Assembly: GCA_045535075.1 (NCBI GenBank) | Contig: JAZSKX010000013.1 | Span: forward strand, 32,001-96,000 | DNA: 64,000 nucleotides | Direction: 5' to 3' | Origin: Candidatus Spyradenecus sp. | GTDB lineage: Bacteria > Verrucomicrobiota > Verrucomicrobiia > Opitutales > UBA953 | Part shown: positions 30,637-40,466 of the stretch, in pieces | How positions within the stretch are numbered: the first letter of the stretch is position 1 | How the letters are laid out: the number at the start of each line of letters is the position of its first letter | The notes under the pieces: generated by a model | What the model was told of the DNA's origin: nothing | What the model saw: only the letters and a program-made list of their open reading frames with translations | Databases searched by the model: none | Position numbers and translations under genes: made by a program

Positions 30637-31383
30637 TCAGCTTACAAGCGTACCGATTTCTTTATCTCCGAGAATCGCGCGTTCAATTGAGCCTTTTTCG
30701 TTCATCGAGAAAACAAGAATCGGCATTTTGTTTTCCTGACAAAGCGCAAATGCGGTTGCATCCATGACTCCCAAATGCTTCATGAGGGCTTCTTCGTAGG
30801 AGAGTTTGGCGTAGCGCGTCGCTTTCGGATCTTTCATCGGATCGGCAGTATAAATGCCGTCAACCTTTGTTGCCTTAAAGATGATGTCGGCATGCACTTC
30901 ATTTGCCCGCAAGGCTGCAGCATAGTCCGTCGTACAGAAGGGATTTCCCGTTCCCGCCGCGAAAATAACGACGCGGCCCTTTTCCAAGTGACGGATTGCT
31001 TTGCGGAGAATGAACGGCTCGGCAACTTTGTCCATCGGAATCGCAGTTTGTACGCGAACTTCGATTCCGTTTTTTTCGAGGCAATCCATGATGGCAAGCG
31101 CGTTAATCGTCGTCGCGAGCATGCCCATATTGTCGCCCGTCGTCCGGTCAGTTCCGTTGTTTTTCGCTCCCGCAAGACCGCGGAAAATATTTCCGCCGCC
31201 GACGACGAGGCAAACCTGCACGCCGAGAGCGTGGAGCTTTTTCATTTGCTCGGCGAGATTTTTAAGGATTTTCGGATCGAACGGATCGCCCGTTTCGTAA
31301 TTTTTTAGGGCTTCTCCGGAAATTTTCAGGACAATGCGTTTATACTTCGGAAGTGCTTTTTTAGAAGGAGTTTTGCGTGGCAT
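30637..31383 (-). CDS. pyrH: UMP kinase
   Basis: RIVLKISGEAL, VGGGNIFRG, GTGNPFCTTD, KVDGIYTADP. Confidence 0.96.
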   Translation of the reverse strand: MPRKTPSKKALPKYKRIVLKISGEALKNYETGDPFDPKILKNLAEQMKKLHALGVQVCLVVGGGNIFRGLAGAKNNGTDRTTGDNMGMLATTINALAIMDCLEKNGIEVRVQTAIPMDKVAEPFILRKAIRHLEKGRVVIFAAGTGNPFCTTDYAAALRANEVHADIIFKATKVDGIYTADPMKDPKATRYAKLSYEEALMKHLGVMDATAFALCQENKMPILVFSMNEKGSIERAILGDKEIGTLVS

Positions 31384-31395
31384 GGTTTTTATTGT

Positions 31396-32316
31396 CTAAA
31401 GTTTTCGGACGGGGTCAACAGCGTTCCCGTCGGAATCGTCACTCGCCGCCGGGTTCTCATCGTCCTCATAGGTGTCGGGAGCATCATAATAATCGTCGCC
31501 TGCGTTTTTTCGCTCTTCCTCGTCTTCGTCGTTGCGGTGCGCCTCGCGAATGGCTTTTAGAAGGCGTTTGAATCGATCTTGAGTTTCCGCGACGGACTGT
31601 GAGTGTAAGTTGTAACGAATTACAAGCATGCGGCAAACGACGGTCGCGACAACGACGATGAGCGCGGCCGCCGTCGGCGGGATTGTTTTATAAAGGACAA
31701 CAAAGAGCGCGCTGGCGAGTACGGCGATTCCCGTGTAAAACTGTCCGGGCTTGAAAACCATCGGCTCGTCCCGCGCCGCGATATCGCGCAAGAGCCCGCC
31801 GCCGACGGCGTTGATCATTCCGATTCCGATAGCGACGGGAACGCCGAGGTCGTAAGCAAGCGCTTTGTTGGTGCCGAAAACAGCGTAGAGCCCGAGCCCG
31901 GCAGCATCGCAAAGAATAATAAAATTATCAAAGCGCATGAAAAATTCGCCGAAATACATGCCGAAGAGCCACGCCGCCGTGAGAGATATGATATAACCGT
32001 TGTCGGAAAATAATGGCGAAATGTCCGTCTGGACGCAAAGCCCGTCACGGAGCAGGGCGCCGCCCATCGCCGTAATCCCCGCAAGCACGAATGCGCCGAC
32101 GAAATCGTAGCCTTTGAGACGTGCCGTCACCGTTCCCGTGATTCCGAAAACAAAGACTGCCGCATAGTCAATCCAAAGCGGAAGCACAAGCGTATCGGCA
32201 GTAAATCCCGAATGGAGCGCCGGGAGAATCGTATCCAGATTTTCCACGATTTTCCGTAAAATGAGAATTCCCGCAATCAGCGAAACGATGATGAAAATCG
32301 TGCGTCGGTTAAACAT
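31396..32316 (-). CDS. Trimeric intracellular cation (TRIC, UPF0126) channel family membrane protein
   Basis: Two repeats with GGALLRD and GGGLLRD motifs, DAAGLGLY; acidic C-terminal tail. Confidence 0.85.
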   Translation of the reverse strand: MFNRRTIFIIVSLIAGILILRKIVENLDTILPALHSGFTADTLVLPLWIDYAAVFVFGITGTVTARLKGYDFVGAFVLAGITAMGGALLRDGLCVQTDISPLFSDNGYIISLTAAWLFGMYFGEFFMRFDNFIILCDAAGLGLYAVFGTNKALAYDLGVPVAIGIGMINAVGGGLLRDIAARDEPMVFKPGQFYTGIAVLASALFVVLYKTIPPTAAALIVVVATVVCRMLVIRYNLHSQSVAETQDRFKRLLKAIREAHRNDEDEEERKNAGDDYYDAPDTYEDDENPAASDDSDGNAVDPVRKL

Positions 32317-32390
32317 AGAAGTTATTTCGTATAAGATGCCGCCATTTTTGCTTCAACGCGAGAAAAAAGCAGGCGTTCCCGCAAAGAGTA

Positions 32391-33638
32391 TTAGCGCGTT
32401 TCGGGCACTTCAAGGGTTTCGACTTTTTCGAGTTTTTTGCTGGCGATACGATGGCGATTAACGGTTTTTGCAATCGTGTTTTGTGCATCGCTAAGCTTAT
32501 CCGAAACTTTTTCCAAAAGTTCGCCGAAGCGCAAAAATTCCGTTTTAACCGCAACGAGCGTTTTAGCAATTTCTGCTGAGTTTTTCCGAATAGCAAGCGT
32601 TCTGAATCCCATTTGAAGGCTGTTGAGCAGGGCGGCGAGCGTTGTCGGGCCGGCAATCAGCACGCGGTGTTCCCGCTGAATTTCGTCGGCAAGACCTTCT
32701 CGGCGAAGCACTTCGGCATAAAGTCCTTCCGTGGGAAGAAAAAGGATTCCGAAATTGGTCGTGTGAGGTGGTTTCAGATACTTATTGCGAATATCCGCAG
32801 CAAAGCTTTTCACGCGTTTTGCAAGCTCCGAAGCGGCTTTTTCGACTGCGTCCCGATCCCCGCGTTGCGACGCGGTGTTCAGGCGTTCGTAATCCTCTAT
32901 AGGAAATTTTGAGTCGATCGGCAAATAGAGCGGACGAGACGCGTCTGCGCCATCGCCGGGAAGCTTAACTGCGAATTCAACGATTTCACCCGAGCGCGGC
33001 GACGGTTTGACATTTCGCTCGAATTGTTCCGGCGTGAGGATGTCTGCGAGTAAATTCCCCAGTTGAACTTCACCCCAGGTTCCGCGCGTTTTTACATTGG
33101 TCAAAACTCGCTTCAAATCAACGATATTGGTTGCAACCGAGTGCATTTCGCCAAGAGATTTGTGAACGTTTTCGAGGCGCTCGCTGACAAGGCGAAACGA
33201 TTCTGCGATCCGTTTTTCCAGGGTTGAGTGGAGTTTTTCGTCTACAACTCCGCGCATTTCGTCCAGTTTCTTGGCGTTTTCCTCCCGCAAAGTTCGAATG
33301 GAATTTTCCATCGTCACGCGAATATTTTCGAGAGACTGAGTCTGTTCCGCGCGGGAACGCCCGACGGATTCGTTCAGCAGAGAAAATTGATGCGTGAGCG
33401 TTCCCGCGAGTGTTTCGGTTTGGAGCGCCGCGGATTTGGCGAGCTCTTCACGGTTTTCCCGAAAAGATTCACGCGATGCATTACGTTCACGGGAAAGCTC
33501 GTCGGCAATGCGTTGCAGGGCATCTTTGTTTTCGCGTTCAAAGCGGCGCTTGCTTGCAGCTGCCGAGAAGTGCAAAAGAATCAAAAATGCAATCGCGCCG
33601 ACAGCGACAATTAAAAGTAAAAACGAAATTTGAGTCAT
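32391..33638 (-). CDS. rmuC: DNA recombination protein RmuC
   Basis: N-terminal TM + coiled coil; KTRGTWGEVQL, PIDSKFP, LFLPTEGLYAE, GPTTLAALL. Confidence 0.93.
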   Translation of the reverse strand: MTQISFLLLIVAVGAIAFLILLHFSAAASKRRFERENKDALQRIADELSRERNASRESFRENREELAKSAALQTETLAGTLTHQFSLLNESVGRSRAEQTQSLENIRVTMENSIRTLREENAKKLDEMRGVVDEKLHSTLEKRIAESFRLVSERLENVHKSLGEMHSVATNIVDLKRVLTNVKTRGTWGEVQLGNLLADILTPEQFERNVKPSPRSGEIVEFAVKLPGDGADASRPLYLPIDSKFPIEDYERLNTASQRGDRDAVEKAASELAKRVKSFAADIRNKYLKPPHTTNFGILFLPTEGLYAEVLRREGLADEIQREHRVLIAGPTTLAALLNSLQMGFRTLAIRKNSAEIAKTLVAVKTEFLRFGELLEKVSDKLSDAQNTIAKTVNRHRIASKKLEKVETLEVPETR

Positions 33639-33746
33639 GGAAATTACTTCCGAATTCTTGGTATTCGCGCCAATAAACGCAAGGGAGATAAGCGTGCGGG
33701 AACGGAAAGCGGGAAATGCGAAGAGGGAGAAGATTTATCTTTTAAA

Positions 33747-33774
33747 ATTAGACATAATATTTATTGTGCATAAA
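33747..33774 (-). other. Candidate dif (XerC/XerD) chromosome dimer resolution site
   Basis: Minus strand reads TTTATGCACAA-TAAATA-TTATGTCTAAT, an 11-6-11 layout similar to E. coli dif GGTGCGCATAA-TGTATA-TTATGTTAAAT; lies in an AT-rich intergenic gap. Confidence 0.65.
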
Positions 33775-33850
33775 TAGAGAAGGTTGATAATCCTGATATT
33801 TAAAGGCTTTGAGCCATCTTTGACGTTTTGAGATTTTTGCTCAAACAGCC

Positions 33851-34894
33851 TCAGGCATTTTCGATGGTCAATGCCGGCTCGAATGTAATTTTACGGGAAT
33901 ATTCAGGCGGCGGAAGCTGTTTATCAAACCACGCGGCAAACGCCATCATCGCAGCATTGTCGCCGGTGTGTTTGGGCTTTGCCAAAAGTAGCGGAATCTT
34001 TTTGCGCGCGGCGAGTTTTTCGAATGCGGCCCGTAAGGTTTTATTATTAGAAACGCCTCCGGAAAGCCCGATGCTGGCGTAACGTTTTTTTTCAAATTGA
34101 ACAGCCGCCTTGTCAACGAGCTGACGGATAATCGCATCCTGATAATCGGCGCAAATATCCGGAAGCACTTCGGAAAGTTCTTTGTCGGAAATTTTTTCAA
34201 GACGGTAACGCAAGCTGGTTTTTAAGCCGGAAAAACTGAATCGCGGTTCACGCTTAATCGCGTCGCCGTGCGGGAACGGAAATTTTCCCCGTTCCCGTGC
34301 CGCGTTGGCGTGTTTTTCGATAAGCGCACCGCCCGGATACGGCATTCCGAGCAGTTTTGCACCTTTGTCAAATGCCTCACCGGCGGCATCATCAACCGTA
34401 CCGGCGAGAATTTTTACATTGCGGTTATGGTCGACTTCGACGAGCAGTGTGTTCCCGCCGGAGACGACGAGCCCCAAATGCGGGAAAAGCGCCCTGCTCG
34501 CCTCTTCAAATCCCGCCGGATTGCTTTCGTGAAGCGGGATAAACGGCGAAAAAAGATGCCCGCGCAAATGGTTGAGAGCGAGCATCGGTTTGCTCCATGC
34601 TACGGCAAGCGTCTTGGCGTAAGCAATGCCGAGAGCAAGACAGCCGGCAAGCCCGGGACCGCGCGTAACGGCAACGGCATCAATCGTTTCCGGAGCAATT
34701 TCGGAGGCAATGTCTTCCAGCAGACACGGAAAATTTGCAAGGTGTTCCCGCGAAGCCAAATCCGGAACAACGCCGCCGTACTGCGCATGCAACGCAATTT
34801 GTGTGTGGACGCGTTCAATCACGATCCCTTTTTCGGAATCAAAAAGTGCAACGGCGGATTCGTCGCAGGAGCTCTCAAGCGCCAAAATTCTCAT
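33851..34894 (-). CDS. tsaD: tRNA N6-adenosine threonylcarbamoyltransferase
   Basis: LALESSCDE, GGVVPDLASREH, NHLRGH, VSGGNT, DDAAGEAFDK, DNAAM. Confidence 0.95.
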   Translation of the reverse strand: MRILALESSCDESAVALFDSEKGIVIERVHTQIALHAQYGGVVPDLASREHLANFPCLLEDIASEIAPETIDAVAVTRGPGLAGCLALGIAYAKTLAVAWSKPMLALNHLRGHLFSPFIPLHESNPAGFEEASRALFPHLGLVVSGGNTLLVEVDHNRNVKILAGTVDDAAGEAFDKGAKLLGMPYPGGALIEKHANAARERGKFPFPHGDAIKREPRFSFSGLKTSLRYRLEKISDKELSEVLPDICADYQDAIIRQLVDKAAVQFEKKRYASIGLSGGVSNNKTLRAAFEKLAARKKIPLLLAKPKHTGDNAAMMAFAAWFDKQLPPPEYSRKITFEPALTIENA

Positions 34895-35000
34895 GGAGCG
34901 GAAATTTACCATGAAACCCGGCTTTCAGAAATTAAAAATTCAAACAAAAAACGGGTCGGCATTTGTCAGCCGACCCGTTTTCCGACGAAAAACTGCGCGC

Positions 35001-36104
35001 TTATTTTGCGACGGGCTTCGCGTCGGCCGCGGGAGCGTCCGTTTGGGGAAGATTGAGGCCTGCCTTTTTCGCTTCTTGCTGGGCAATGATCGTTTCAATC
35101 TGCTTTACCCAACGATCCAATTCCGTAGCGCGCTTGGTGCCGGCAACGCAATCGCGGGCTGCTTTAAGGTAGTTAAGAGCCTCTGGAAGCTTTCCCTGCA
35201 TTGCATAGCCGTCGCTGATATACTTGTTCAATTCGCACTTCGTGATCGGAAGCAATTCGTCATTCTTCAGCAATTCAAGTGCTTCGGCACGCGCTTCGTC
35301 CGGGTTTCTTTTCCCGCGATGCTTGTCGGCAAATTGCATAAGCATTTCACGCTGTTCGACGCCGAGTCGTGCTTCACGCTCTTTCGCTTTGAAGCCGAAG
35401 CGATCGTTTGTGTCCTCCGCAATAATTTGGGCAACCAGCTCTTTCTGTAGCGCCTGAAATTCTGTCGGAAGCGCATTTAACGCATTTACAAGAGCCTCCA
35501 ACCGCTCTGCTCCCGTTTTTTGCTGAGCCGCCTTGACAGCCGCCGAGAATTCTCCGCAGAGCAAATACGCCGTTTCCAACTTTTCCAAATATTCGGGAAT
35601 CGTTTTCGTGACGCCGACAATCTTGGCGTAAGCCGCGCCGTTTTTATCTAAAAGCAACACGGAGGGAAATCCTCTAACGCCGTAAAAATTCATGATTCCT
35701 TCGCGTTCCCGCATAACGTCTGCCGGAATTTTTCCCGGTGTGCGCGGAAAATCCAATTCGACAAATATGATATTTCGGTCGCCGACATACTTAGAAAATT
35801 CCGGCTTCGAGAGAATATTCGAGCGCAAAAGCTTACACGGCGGGCACCAGTCCGACCCGGTAAATTCGACTAAAATCAGACGATCTTCTTTTTTCGCCAA
35901 ATCAATCGCTTCGCGCAAATCCGTAATCGCAGTATCAAGCACACTTGCGGACGTCGTTGCCGGCGCATCTTGGAGCGTTTCTTGAACAACGGGAGTTTCG
36001 GCAACAGCAACCGATTCCGTCGCGGGTTTTACATTTTCATCACTGCATGCCGTAAAAAGAGACGCGGCAAGCATTCCGCCAAGGATATAGAACGATTTTC
36101 TCAT
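35001..36104 (-). CDS. Thioredoxin-family lipoprotein with helical C-terminal domain
   Basis: Lipobox-like LFTA-C; FTGSDWCPPC, GFPS cis-Pro motif. Confidence 0.82.
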   Translation of the reverse strand: MRKSFYILGGMLAASLFTACSDENVKPATESVAVAETPVVQETLQDAPATTSASVLDTAITDLREAIDLAKKEDRLILVEFTGSDWCPPCKLLRSNILSKPEFSKYVGDRNIIFVELDFPRTPGKIPADVMREREGIMNFYGVRGFPSVLLLDKNGAAYAKIVGVTKTIPEYLEKLETAYLLCGEFSAAVKAAQQKTGAERLEALVNALNALPTEFQALQKELVAQIIAEDTNDRFGFKAKEREARLGVEQREMLMQFADKHRGKRNPDEARAEALELLKNDELLPITKCELNKYISDGYAMQGKLPEALNYLKAARDCVAGTKRATELDRWVKQIETIIAQQEAKKAGLNLPQTDAPAADAKPVAK

Positions 36105-36230
36105 AGGTCGTGCAAGAATACTCGGCTTTTCGCGCCGCGTCTATCTTTATTCGGGATTTAAGAAAAATTTAATTTTTATTGACAAAACGAAATCAAAAAG
36201 ATTCTATTTCCACTTAAGTTTTCGGCTTAC

Positions 36231-36318
<88 letters not shown>

Positions 36319-36323
36319 CTTTC

Positions 36324-36353
36324 AGAGGCGACCGCGCGGCCGCCTCTTTTTTT
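36324..36353 (+). terminator. Intrinsic terminator of tRNA-Ser
   Basis: AGAGGCG...CGCCTCT hairpin followed by a T-run. Confidence 0.85.
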
Positions 36354-36818
36354 GTGAAAATGAAGAATCTGACTGCAAGAACCTTGCTTTGTGGGCTTAT
36401 TGTGTTGTCATCGTTTCCTTAAAGTGAAACTTATTTCGCTTCTCCGCAAGGGATTTGAACTTTTATCGAATCTTGTTTTCGGTTCTTTACGGTTCGAAAA
36501 TTATGAAAATCGCGAAAAACATGTATTTTTCCCCGAAGCGGAAACGTCAGCCTTTCGTTTACACGAACACGCGCACGCTTTTCATGCACTACAAAGGTGA
36601 GTAGCTTCAAAATGCTACCTGTCGTAATATTCGCAATTTTTAATCATAAAGCTCACTTTTCGCACGCAGAAACGCACTACGCCTCTTCAAGGGTTAAAAT
36701 CTTTTATTGATGAAAACGCGCTTAAATGTTGCCGGATTTTTGACTTTGGGGTAGAGTCGTTGGTACAACGAGCGACGGCGGGAACAAGCCCGTTTTTACT
36801 CGGAATACAACTGATATT

Positions 36819-38174
36819 ATGAGCAATAACACACACGAACAAGGCACTACCCGAACACCGATTTACGTTTCAATGTTCCCGCACGGCGGGCGCACTGTCA
36901 TTGGAATTTCCGATAAAAACGGACGACGCATACGCGCCGTTTTTCGAGAAACATTCGCACGAATGCTTGCGGATGAAGGGCGCATGGAGCTTTGGACGGC
37001 AATCCCGCACAGCGATCGCATTCATCGTGTCGAATCTTTTCCGCTTGATGAGGCGGGAAAACCCGTCGATGTATTCATTGAAAAATATCCGGACATTCCG
37101 CGTCCCGACGTTCCGGCAATTTTCGATGAGTGTATCGGCAAAGCGCCGGAGGGCGGCTTCGTCAGGCTTAAAGATGATTACTGCGAAATAGCATATTACA
37201 CACCTACGAAAAGTCGCAGTCGCCTTTTGGAAATTCCTGCCGGTGAAGATCGTTTTCGGCGCCTTTGGGAACTTCCGGAAGAAGCGTGGGAAAACGCCTT
37301 GCCGCCCCTGTCAATTTCTCGGACACAAGCGCTATGGTCTGACGCATCGCGCACACTCTTTTTTTCTAAGCCGAAGAAACTTGGTATCTACTACATTCCC
37401 GGCTTTGCATCCGGAGTCGGGTCTTCAACCGGAAAAGCGCTCATCGAACGTTTCCCGCACGCCCGTATTTTGAGTTACGACAGTGCGGGAACACTTTCCG
37501 ACAACCTAAAATCTCTAGTCGGACAACTCGACACAAGCGATACCGCCCGTATTTTTGTCGGGTCTTCGCTCGGTGCCTACTACGCCGCACATTTATGCGT
37601 AAAGACCAAACGTGTTGACGACAGGCGATTGATTTTGATTAACCCGGCAATCAATCCCGGCGAAACATTGAAGCAATTTATCGGGAAAAACACTTCTTTA
37701 GACACGGGAACGAGCTTTGAACTTCCCGCAACTTCCGTCGAATCCTACGAAGTGATGCCGCGTCCCGGAGTCAAAACCGTCGTCCTCATAAGCAAAAATG
37801 ATACCCTACTTGACCCGCAAAAAATGCATTCTTTTTTTGAACCCTTCGCCGACATTATTTCGGTTGAAGGCGGGCATCGTCTTGAGGACAAAGAAATGCT
37901 TTTTGAGGCGACAGAAAATCTTTCCGGTTCTAAAGCAAGTATTTCCCTGTATCGCCGGGCGCTCAGTCAAACAGAACATGAAGTGCTGTCCCTCCGGTTT
38001 CGTCTCAAAGACGAAGTTTTTCGTTCCCGCAAGGAACTTGCGAAAATTTTCGGCGAGACCCCCGAACGTGTCGCCGAAGTCGAACAGCGCGCTATGGAGA
38101 AAATCTGTGGCTCACCGCTTTACAGGTACATAAAAAAGCACAAGGCCATCGGCTCCGACAATCCGTCGCATTAA
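36819..38174 (+). CDS. Multidomain protein: unknown N-terminal domain + YqiA/YcfP-like alpha/beta hydrolase + sigma70 region-4-like HTH
   Basis: YIPGFASG, FVGSSLGAYYA, LINPA, D..LD, GGHR; C-terminal LSQTEHEVLSLRF...ELAKIFGETPERVAEVEQRAMEKI. Confidence 0.75.
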   Translation: MSNNTHEQGTTRTPIYVSMFPHGGRTVIGISDKNGRRIRAVFRETFARMLADEGRMELWTAIPHSDRIHRVESFPLDEAGKPVDVFIEKYPDIPRPDVPAIFDECIGKAPEGGFVRLKDDYCEIAYYTPTKSRSRLLEIPAGEDRFRRLWELPEEAWENALPPLSISRTQALWSDASRTLFFSKPKKLGIYYIPGFASGVGSSTGKALIERFPHARILSYDSAGTLSDNLKSLVGQLDTSDTARIFVGSSLGAYYAAHLCVKTKRVDDRRLILINPAINPGETLKQFIGKNTSLDTGTSFELPATSVESYEVMPRPGVKTVVLISKNDTLLDPQKMHSFFEPFADIISVEGGHRLEDKEMLFEATENLSGSKASISLYRRALSQTEHEVLSLRFRLKDEVFRSRKELAKIFGETPERVAEVEQRAMEKICGSPLYRYIKKHKAIGSDNPSH

Positions 38175-38219
38175 GAATCTGAAAATGGACGTCTGAAGAT
38201 CTTTTTAAATATTTTCGCA

Positions 38220-40420
38220 ATGAGAAAAATCCGTATGAAAAAAAGAATCGGTGGCACCTTTGATGCTGATGCGGCATCAATTGTCTGCGGGAACACGTTT
38301 TCCGTCAGAAATGTTTTGATGTCTGCACTCCTCAATCTATTTGAATATTACGGGTCCGTGCCGAACTATTTTATCGCGTTGGGAGATTTTATCGCTTTTT
38401 CGGAAATACGTCGGGCGACAGAAGAATTCATCGCAATCCAAACGGATTTTCCCGCGGGAACGGAAATTTTAGAAGACGCGGATGATGCGGATGACATTGT
38501 TCGCATTTTCCGCCGGAAACTTTCCTCCTCCCGAATGCAAAAATCGCTTCGAAGCATTGCCGGAACACTCGTTCGAGTCATGTCGGCTCAGAGACATTTT
38601 TTTGCGGGAACGGTTTCAACCATTTCCCCGATTGACAAAATAGCAGAATTTTTTTCGCTTTCGGAAAGCGAAGTCCGTACCCTGGTATTTTTAGCCTGTT
38701 GGACTAAAACTCGCCATTTCGACAATTTGTGCGACGATGTCGCCGAAGGGCAATCCCGTGAAGAAGCGCTGAAGTTTTTGGCCCGTTCCGTTCGGATAGA
38801 AACACACGAAGTCAACGGCGCTATTCGTAAACTCAAAGAGAAGAAAATCGTCGAAACTTCACGGCAGCGCTTTCCCGAATTGGCGGACGAGATTAACGAA
38901 TTCATTTTTGAATTCGACGGGGAAGATTTGGCACGGAAATTCAGTTCGTCGCTAGAGGTACTGAAAGTGTTTCCTACAAGTTCTTTCGAGGTCGAAAACG
39001 AGGATGTCGAGATTATTTCCAAGCTGCTTTGTCATGAGCACGGCGCACACATTCTCTTTCACGGGAAACCCGGAAGCGGAAAAACAGAATTTGCCAAATC
39101 GCTTGCCAAAGAATTAGGGAAAGCAATTTTCGTTCCCGCACGTAAAGACGAAAAGAAGAATTCACTATCTCCGGTAAAAATTAATGCGACGCTTTTTGCC
39201 GCAAAAACGGGAGCGGGATTGCTCTTATCGACGAAGCGGACGACTTTTTAGAGACAGTGCCGCAAGGATTATCTTCCCTGTTCGGAGCGGGCGCAAGTAA
39301 TCAGGAAAAAGGATGCGTGAACACACTGCTTGACGAAAGCCGCGCTCCGGTCATCTGGATTACGAATAGCATTGCGGGAATCGACGAATCCACCCGCCGT
39401 CGCTTTGCCTACACTTTGGAATTTTCCGGAGTTTCAGATCGACAAAAGCGCCTTGTCCTAAACACGGCATTGCGGGAAAGCAATATACCCGAACACCTAA
39501 GCGAAGCTATTTTTCCTCTTGTTCGCCAATATTCGCTTTCACCCGCCGGCATTTCGCTTTCCGTCAAAAACGCAAAAATCGTTTCCGCGGATTCCGAAGA
39601 AAAACTCTTGGAAAACATTCAGCGTATCGCGCAAAAGCATTATTCTTTAATCACGGGAAAGATGCCGTCGGAGAAAACGTTTTCCGTGGATTCCGAATTT
39701 GATATTTCGCTCCTGAATACCAATCCGCCCATCGAAGGCATCGTCCGAAGCATTGAAAACTACCGCGAAGCCGTTTATCGGGCAGGAAAAACTCTGCCGC
39801 TTTCCATGCTTTTCTCCGGAGCTCCGGGAACGGGAAAAATTCAACTCGGACGCTACATTGCTCGCCTACTCGACAAAGAAATCCTGATTCGACGAATCAG
39901 CGACATAAAAAGTCCCTTCGTCGGCGTCACGGAGAAAAATATCGCGCGTGCATTCCACGAAGCCGAACGAAGCAACCAAGTACTGATGATCGACGAAGCC
40001 GATTCGCTTTTTCTTAACCGGCAGACAGCAACACGCTCATGGGAAATTTCCGAAACCAATGAGATTTTGGCGCAAATGGAACTGTTCAAGGGCGTTTTTA
40101 TTTGCACAACCAACCTGCTTGAAAATTTCGATTCCGCATCCATGCGACGCTTCCACCGAAAAATCGGATTTCACCCGCTAAGCATCGACGGGCGCACTAA
40201 AATCTTCAAACGCTATTTCCCGCAGATAAGCGTTGATGCCTCCGTTTTGATGCAAAAAATGAAAAGTCTTGAAGGAATTTGTCCGGGAGACTTCTGCACC
40301 GTTCGGGAACGGATGCGCTACGACACAGCGACAAGAGCGGAAGATATTTTCGGCGCGCTTGATGAAGAATTGCGTTACAAGGTTCGTGAATCCGCGCGAA
40401 CGCCTATCGGATTTTTCTGA
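38220..40420 (+). pseudogene. Tandem AAA+ ATPase split by a frameshift near 39193-39207
   Basis: First Walker A (GKPGSGKT) is in ORF 38220-39251; its Walker B (IALIDEADD) is in the frame of ORF 39257-40420, which holds a second AAA module (GAPGTGKI, LMIDEADS, CTTN). Confidence 0.75.
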
Positions 40421-40466
40421 GGAATCGGGACAAAAGCGGTTTTCAGCAGCTTATAACTCAGCGCGA

